Assembly (NCBI GenBank): GCA_028286805.1
Contig: JAQBQW010000025.1
Coordinates: 1 to 35,215 of the forward strand
Direction of reading: 5' to 3'
Source: Parcubacteria group bacterium
GTDB taxonomy: Bacteria; Patescibacteriota; Minisyncoccia; Phycocordibacterales; Zambryskibacteraceae
DNA length: 35,215 bases
Part shown: piece by piece, positions 32,165-35,215 of the stretch
How positions within the stretch are numbered: the first letter of the stretch is position 1
Layout: each line of letters opens with the position of its first letter
Notes under the pieces: model-generated
What the model was told of the DNA's origin: nothing
Databases searched by the model: none
What the model saw: the letters and a program-made list of their open reading frames with translations, nothing else
Position numbers and translations under genes: made by a program

Positions 32165-32670
32165 TGAGACACGGAGTGAGAGGGTGGAACGTGAGATTGA
32201 ACGGATGCAGGTTCGTGGTTGAGTTTCTCAGCTTCCTCGAGAAGCTTTCTGAACTTGAGGTATGCGGCCCGAAGATTCCTTACTCGGGCGGAACTGCTCA
32301 TCTTCACCCATATCCAGAATGCATCCATCATTTGCTGGCGAATAGCAACCTTTGGACGGATGCGCGCGGTACGTTCCTTCATCAGCTCATGGAACGATTG
32401 TGAAGTGAGCACTATGCGTTGCTTCCGAAGAAGGTAAAGAAAAGACTGCGCAAGCTGTCTCTTCAACGACGCGAGGGAAACGAAATCTTCGGGTGACCGC
32501 AAATTCCTGCCTTCGAATCCTTCTGCAATTTTCTTTGCATTGAAGACAAAGTTAGGAATCTGGATCTCATCCAGAAGGATGACGTTGTCGATCTCGTCTT
32601 GCAGCCTTTTCAAAGCTACTTTTACCTCATTCGCGTGATACTGAGAAGGTGAACTCACATCTCCCTCCAT
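32161..32670 (-). CDS. orphan 169-aa predicted helical protein (first gene of the overlapping pair)
   Basis: MEGDVSSPSQYHANEVKVALKRLQDEIDNV... has heptad-like, Arg/Lys-rich helices. Its own promoter lies 38 nt upstream. No recognisable family. Confidence 0.5.
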   Translation of the reverse strand: MEGDVSSPSQYHANEVKVALKRLQDEIDNVILLDEIQIPNFVFNAKKIAEGFEGRNLRSPEDFVSLASLKRQLAQSFLYLLRKQRIVLTSQSFHELMKERTARIRPKVAIRQQMMDAFWIWVKMSSSARVRNLRAAYLKFRKLLEEAEKLNHEPASVQSHVPPSHSVSQ

Positions 32671-32707
32671 GCAACCAAGGTGATAAATCGTGTGCAGACC
32701 GGAGAGG

Positions 32708-32735
32708 ATTATCTATTAAAACAGCCTTAAGTCAA
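32708..32735 (-). promoter_or_regulatory. sigma70-type promoter of the two-gene module
   Basis: Minus-strand TTGACT (32735..32730), 16 nt, GATAAT (32713..32708). The -35 begins 3 nt after the stop of the 572-aa gene. Confidence 0.5.
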
Positions 32736-32737
32736 TA

Positions 32738-34456
32738 CTAGAGATCTTTAAATACAACTCCTCCGCCAGCCATGATTCTTTGTTTCAAGAATTCTTTCAC
32801 GGTCATGCCGAGTTCGTCACCTGTCGGTTTGAGAGAGTCGAGAGCAAGAGCGGGTTTAACAACATCTTCTGATGCGCCCGCATCGCTAATCTTATTCAGC
32901 ATTTCCTGGACGCTGGTGTGGTCCGCATCAATGGAGTTATACATTCCTTCGGGAATACCGAGCTGGTTGCTTAGTTCCAGAGAACCTATTTCATGCAAAG
33001 GAGCAATATGAGTATCAATACCCATATGTTCAGCCGTAGGCGACGATATGACAGGTTCGTGAGTGGTAATATCAGGTACACCCCCTACTTTTACATGCAC
33101 AGGATCCACATGAGGATGAAATGCGGGAGCTTCGTGTACCGGCATGGAAGAAATATTATTCAAATGCATAGGGTTGTGGCTTAGATCTGGAGTAGAAGCA
33201 ATGTCAGGATGTGAAAATTCTGGCACAGAAACATGTGCACTCGCGTGCGGAACTTCGATTGTTCCGGCCAGCTGATGGAATATCATTCCGGCAACTGCTG
33301 AACCTGCAGCACCAAGAACCGCTCCGTAGAGAGAAGATCTTGCAACTTTTTTCCAATTTATTTTAATCCCCGCTTCAGCTTCCAACTCTTTTTTAATTTT
33401 CTTAACATCTCCTGATACCATTTCGGCATATGCTTTTAGACGATCAGTTCTTTTTAGTGAGTTTAATTTTTCACGATCAAGAGCATCTGTAATCTTTATT
33501 TCTATTGCGTTTCGTAAGGCTACATCTCTTTCTTCGTTGGTTCGCTTTCGTTCGGCGTAATATGATTTACCGAATCCCATAATACCTCCGGTACCTGCTC
33601 CCAAAGCCAGCCCCGCACCTAAACCAAGGCTAGCCTGCAAGGCTTTTCTAACTGCGTAACTTGCTCCCATATTTGTTCCTGCTCCAACAAGAATGCTGGG
33701 TAAGGCAACTCCCATGATTTCAGTCTTAGCAGTTCGTGCCCATTCTTTTTTGAGCAATGCAAACATGTCTCTCTTTACTTCAGGGGTAGCGTCCGGAGGA
33801 GCAAGAAGTTCAACTGCGTTCGTCTGAGCCCGGGTTTCTTCTTCTGGAGATAACTCAGCAGATTCAGATCCTGCGCTATCAAGCAAGGCTTTGTGAACAA
33901 TATTTTCATCAAAAGCCCCAGGACTGGGGTTCTCTACAACCCCTCCTTTCGAAAACATCCCCGAGAATTTGCCTTTTATTTTAGACCATACACTTTCTTT
34001 TTTCTCCTTACTTTGTGATAAAGGTATGAGAGGTTCGGCGTACGGTTCATCGATCTCCTCCATACTTGGCGAGACAGGTATAAGAGTTGTAGGTCGTGGT
34101 CCATCGATTTTCTCAAGAAAAAGAATCCTTGCTTCACATCTGTCTATCTCAGCTCTTATTTCTTGTCTAATTTCAGTCTTAACAGAAATAAGAGAATCTT
34201 TTTCAGCTTCCTTTAAAAAGTTAACATATTCCCTTAAATCTCGTGGTGACACAGGACCCAATGCTATCTTGGCTCTTACATGGCGAATATAATTTTCCAC
34301 GGCCTCATCTTCTGAATGAGTCTCTGGTGCAACTTCGGTCTCTTGTGTCATTTCCACTTCCTTATCAGCAAGCACTTCCGGTTTAAGAGGTACTTCAACA
34401 TCACCTTTTATTTCTGGGTGTTCTGGATTTTGTTCTCCGAATTCAGGGGTTCTCAT
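32738..34456 (-). CDS. large hypothetical membrane-associated protein
   Basis: 572 aa with an acidic N-terminus, Gly-zipper-like hydrophobic segments (ALPSILVGAGTNMGASYAV, GLGAGLALGAGTGGIMGFG, GAVLGAAGSAVAGMIF) and a His/Pro-rich region. No recognisable family. Confidence 0.6.
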   Translation of the reverse strand: MRTPEFGEQNPEHPEIKGDVEVPLKPEVLADKEVEMTQETEVAPETHSEDEAVENYIRHVRAKIALGPVSPRDLREYVNFLKEAEKDSLISVKTEIRQEIRAEIDRCEARILFLEKIDGPRPTTLIPVSPSMEEIDEPYAEPLIPLSQSKEKKESVWSKIKGKFSGMFSKGGVVENPSPGAFDENIVHKALLDSAGSESAELSPEEETRAQTNAVELLAPPDATPEVKRDMFALLKKEWARTAKTEIMGVALPSILVGAGTNMGASYAVRKALQASLGLGAGLALGAGTGGIMGFGKSYYAERKRTNEERDVALRNAIEIKITDALDREKLNSLKRTDRLKAYAEMVSGDVKKIKKELEAEAGIKINWKKVARSSLYGAVLGAAGSAVAGMIFHQLAGTIEVPHASAHVSVPEFSHPDIASTPDLSHNPMHLNNISSMPVHEAPAFHPHVDPVHVKVGGVPDITTHEPVISSPTAEHMGIDTHIAPLHEIGSLELSNQLGIPEGMYNSIDADHTSVQEMLNKISDAGASEDVVKPALALDSLKPTGDELGMTVKEFLKQRIMAGGGVVFKDL

Positions 34457-34481
34457 ATGTGACTAATATACCACACGAGGT

Positions 34482-34775
34482 TTAAGACATCACCTCTTTC
34501 ATCAGCTTGTATTCTTGACTGAGACGCATTTCAATAATTTCAGCAAGCCCTGGGACTCCAGCCGTCACGGCTGCAATACCTTCTTCGGGGTTTTCACTCT
34601 TTAAAGCTGCTTTAAATGCTTCGTATTGTTCGGGAGAAAGATGATCTAAGACGGTGGAGAGAATGACATCATCAAATCTCTTTTCCAGTGTGGCGAGCAC
34701 GTCTTCCCTTTCTTTTCCTTGGAGGTCTCCGAGGTTTAATTCTTTGAGTAATGCGTCTGTGTTTTGTGTGATCAT
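34482..34775 (-). CDS. hypothetical acidic 97-aa protein
   Basis: A clean ORF 25 nt upstream of the 572-aa gene, co-oriented and helical/acidic. Function unknown. Confidence 0.5.
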   Translation of the reverse strand: MITQNTDALLKELNLGDLQGKEREDVLATLEKRFDDVILSTVLDHLSPEQYEAFKAALKSENPEEGIAAVTAGVPGLAEIIEMRLSQEYKLMKEVMS

Positions 34776-34805
34776 GGTTATTTTATTATATCGCTGCTCC
34801 AGGTT

Positions 34806-35215
34806 TTACGCCATTTTATCTTTCTGAGTGACAAATTCTCTATATGCTTCAGATGCTCCCGGAAGGGTACTGATTACAAATGCAGCATCTTCTATTTCTG
34901 AACGTTCTTTTGTTGATGCTTCATATGACTCCCATGCTTCGAAAAGGTTTCCGAAAAGAGTTGAGTAATTGGGATTCTCACTTCTTAACTCATGTTCAAT
35001 AAAACCAATATCCATTTTAAATAGAAGCGGCATTGTTAAATCTCTTGATATCTTCATTCTCTTTTCTTCATCTGTCAGTTGAGCAATGCGTATTGGAGTA
35101 TTAGCTTCATCCAATTTTTTATTTAATGCTTTGGATGCTTCTGTTTCAACTAGCGGAGATTCTTCCTTTGTTTCAATCTTAGAAACAATATCTTCAACCA
35201 CAGGAGAAGCTTTAT
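34806..35215 (-). CDS. hypothetical protein (possibly 5-prime partial)
   Basis: The track start at 35201 is a GTG with no SD. The frame stays open through the last in-frame codon (35213..35211) at the window edge, so the true start may lie outside the window. Confidence 0.45.
   Translation of the reverse strand, partial: KASPVVEDIVSKIETKEESPLVETEASKALNKKLDEANTPIRIAQLTDEEKRMKISRDLTMPLLFKMDIGFIEHELRSENPNYSTLFGNLFEAWESYEASTKERSEIEDAAFVISTLPGASEAYREFVTQKDKMA

Noticed and set aside
1-35215. CRISPR arrays, tandem repeats, rRNA genes, IS elements, reverse transcriptase/DGR or retron components
   Set aside because: Reading both strands, I saw no regularly spaced direct repeats, no transposase/integrase/RT-like ORFs and no rRNA-like stretches. 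A computational repeat search would be needed to exclude short or degenerate repeats.

Overview
This is a 35.2 kb window from a moderately AT-rich bacterium (about 40-42% G+C in hand-sampled housekeeping lines) with small, tightly packed genes, nearly all on the minus strand. Core content: ftsH; smpB followed 3 nt later by a tmRNA gene; a PLD-type cardiolipin synthase; infC-rpmI-rplT; a beta-CASP metallo-beta-lactamase RNase; ndk; and most of the tuf/S10/spc ribosomal super-operon. That operon reads tuf-rpsJ-rplC-rplD-rplW-rplB ... rpsS-rplV-rpsC-rplP-rpmC-rpsQ-rplN-rplX-rplE ... rpsN-rpsH-rplF-rplR-rpsE-rplO-secY-adk-map. S5 abuts L15 with no L30 gene, and most core genes lack Shine-Dalgarno sequences. 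Both fit a CPR/Patescibacteria-type genome, but that is an inference. Two things are unusual. (1) The super-operon is broken twice, by about 6.9 kb between rplB and rpsS (which includes a relocated rplJ-rplL) and by about 0.65 kb between rplE and rpsN. (2) At least four short GC-rich cassettes of orphan genes sit beside highly expressed loci: 3-prime of the tmRNA, between rplB and rplJ, next to rpsS, and upstream of tuf. Sampled lines in them are 31/60 to 39/60 G+C, and each has its own near-consensus sigma70 promoter and intrinsic terminator. The best candidate for something undescribed is the 2.2 kb three-gene island at 20.7-23.0 kb. It lies next to a 504-aa protein that appears to fuse a 2H phosphoesterase to a DHH/MYG1-like domain. 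I cannot assign a function to any island gene from sequence alone. Three genes are missing from the supplied ORF track: a partial FN3-repeat surface protein (1..1101), rpmC (18638..18817) and a 54-aa membrane peptide (8575..8739). A promoter-to-terminator unit at 10512..10703 looks like a structured RNA or riboswitch-like leader. No CRISPR array, rRNA, tRNA, transposase or integrase was seen.
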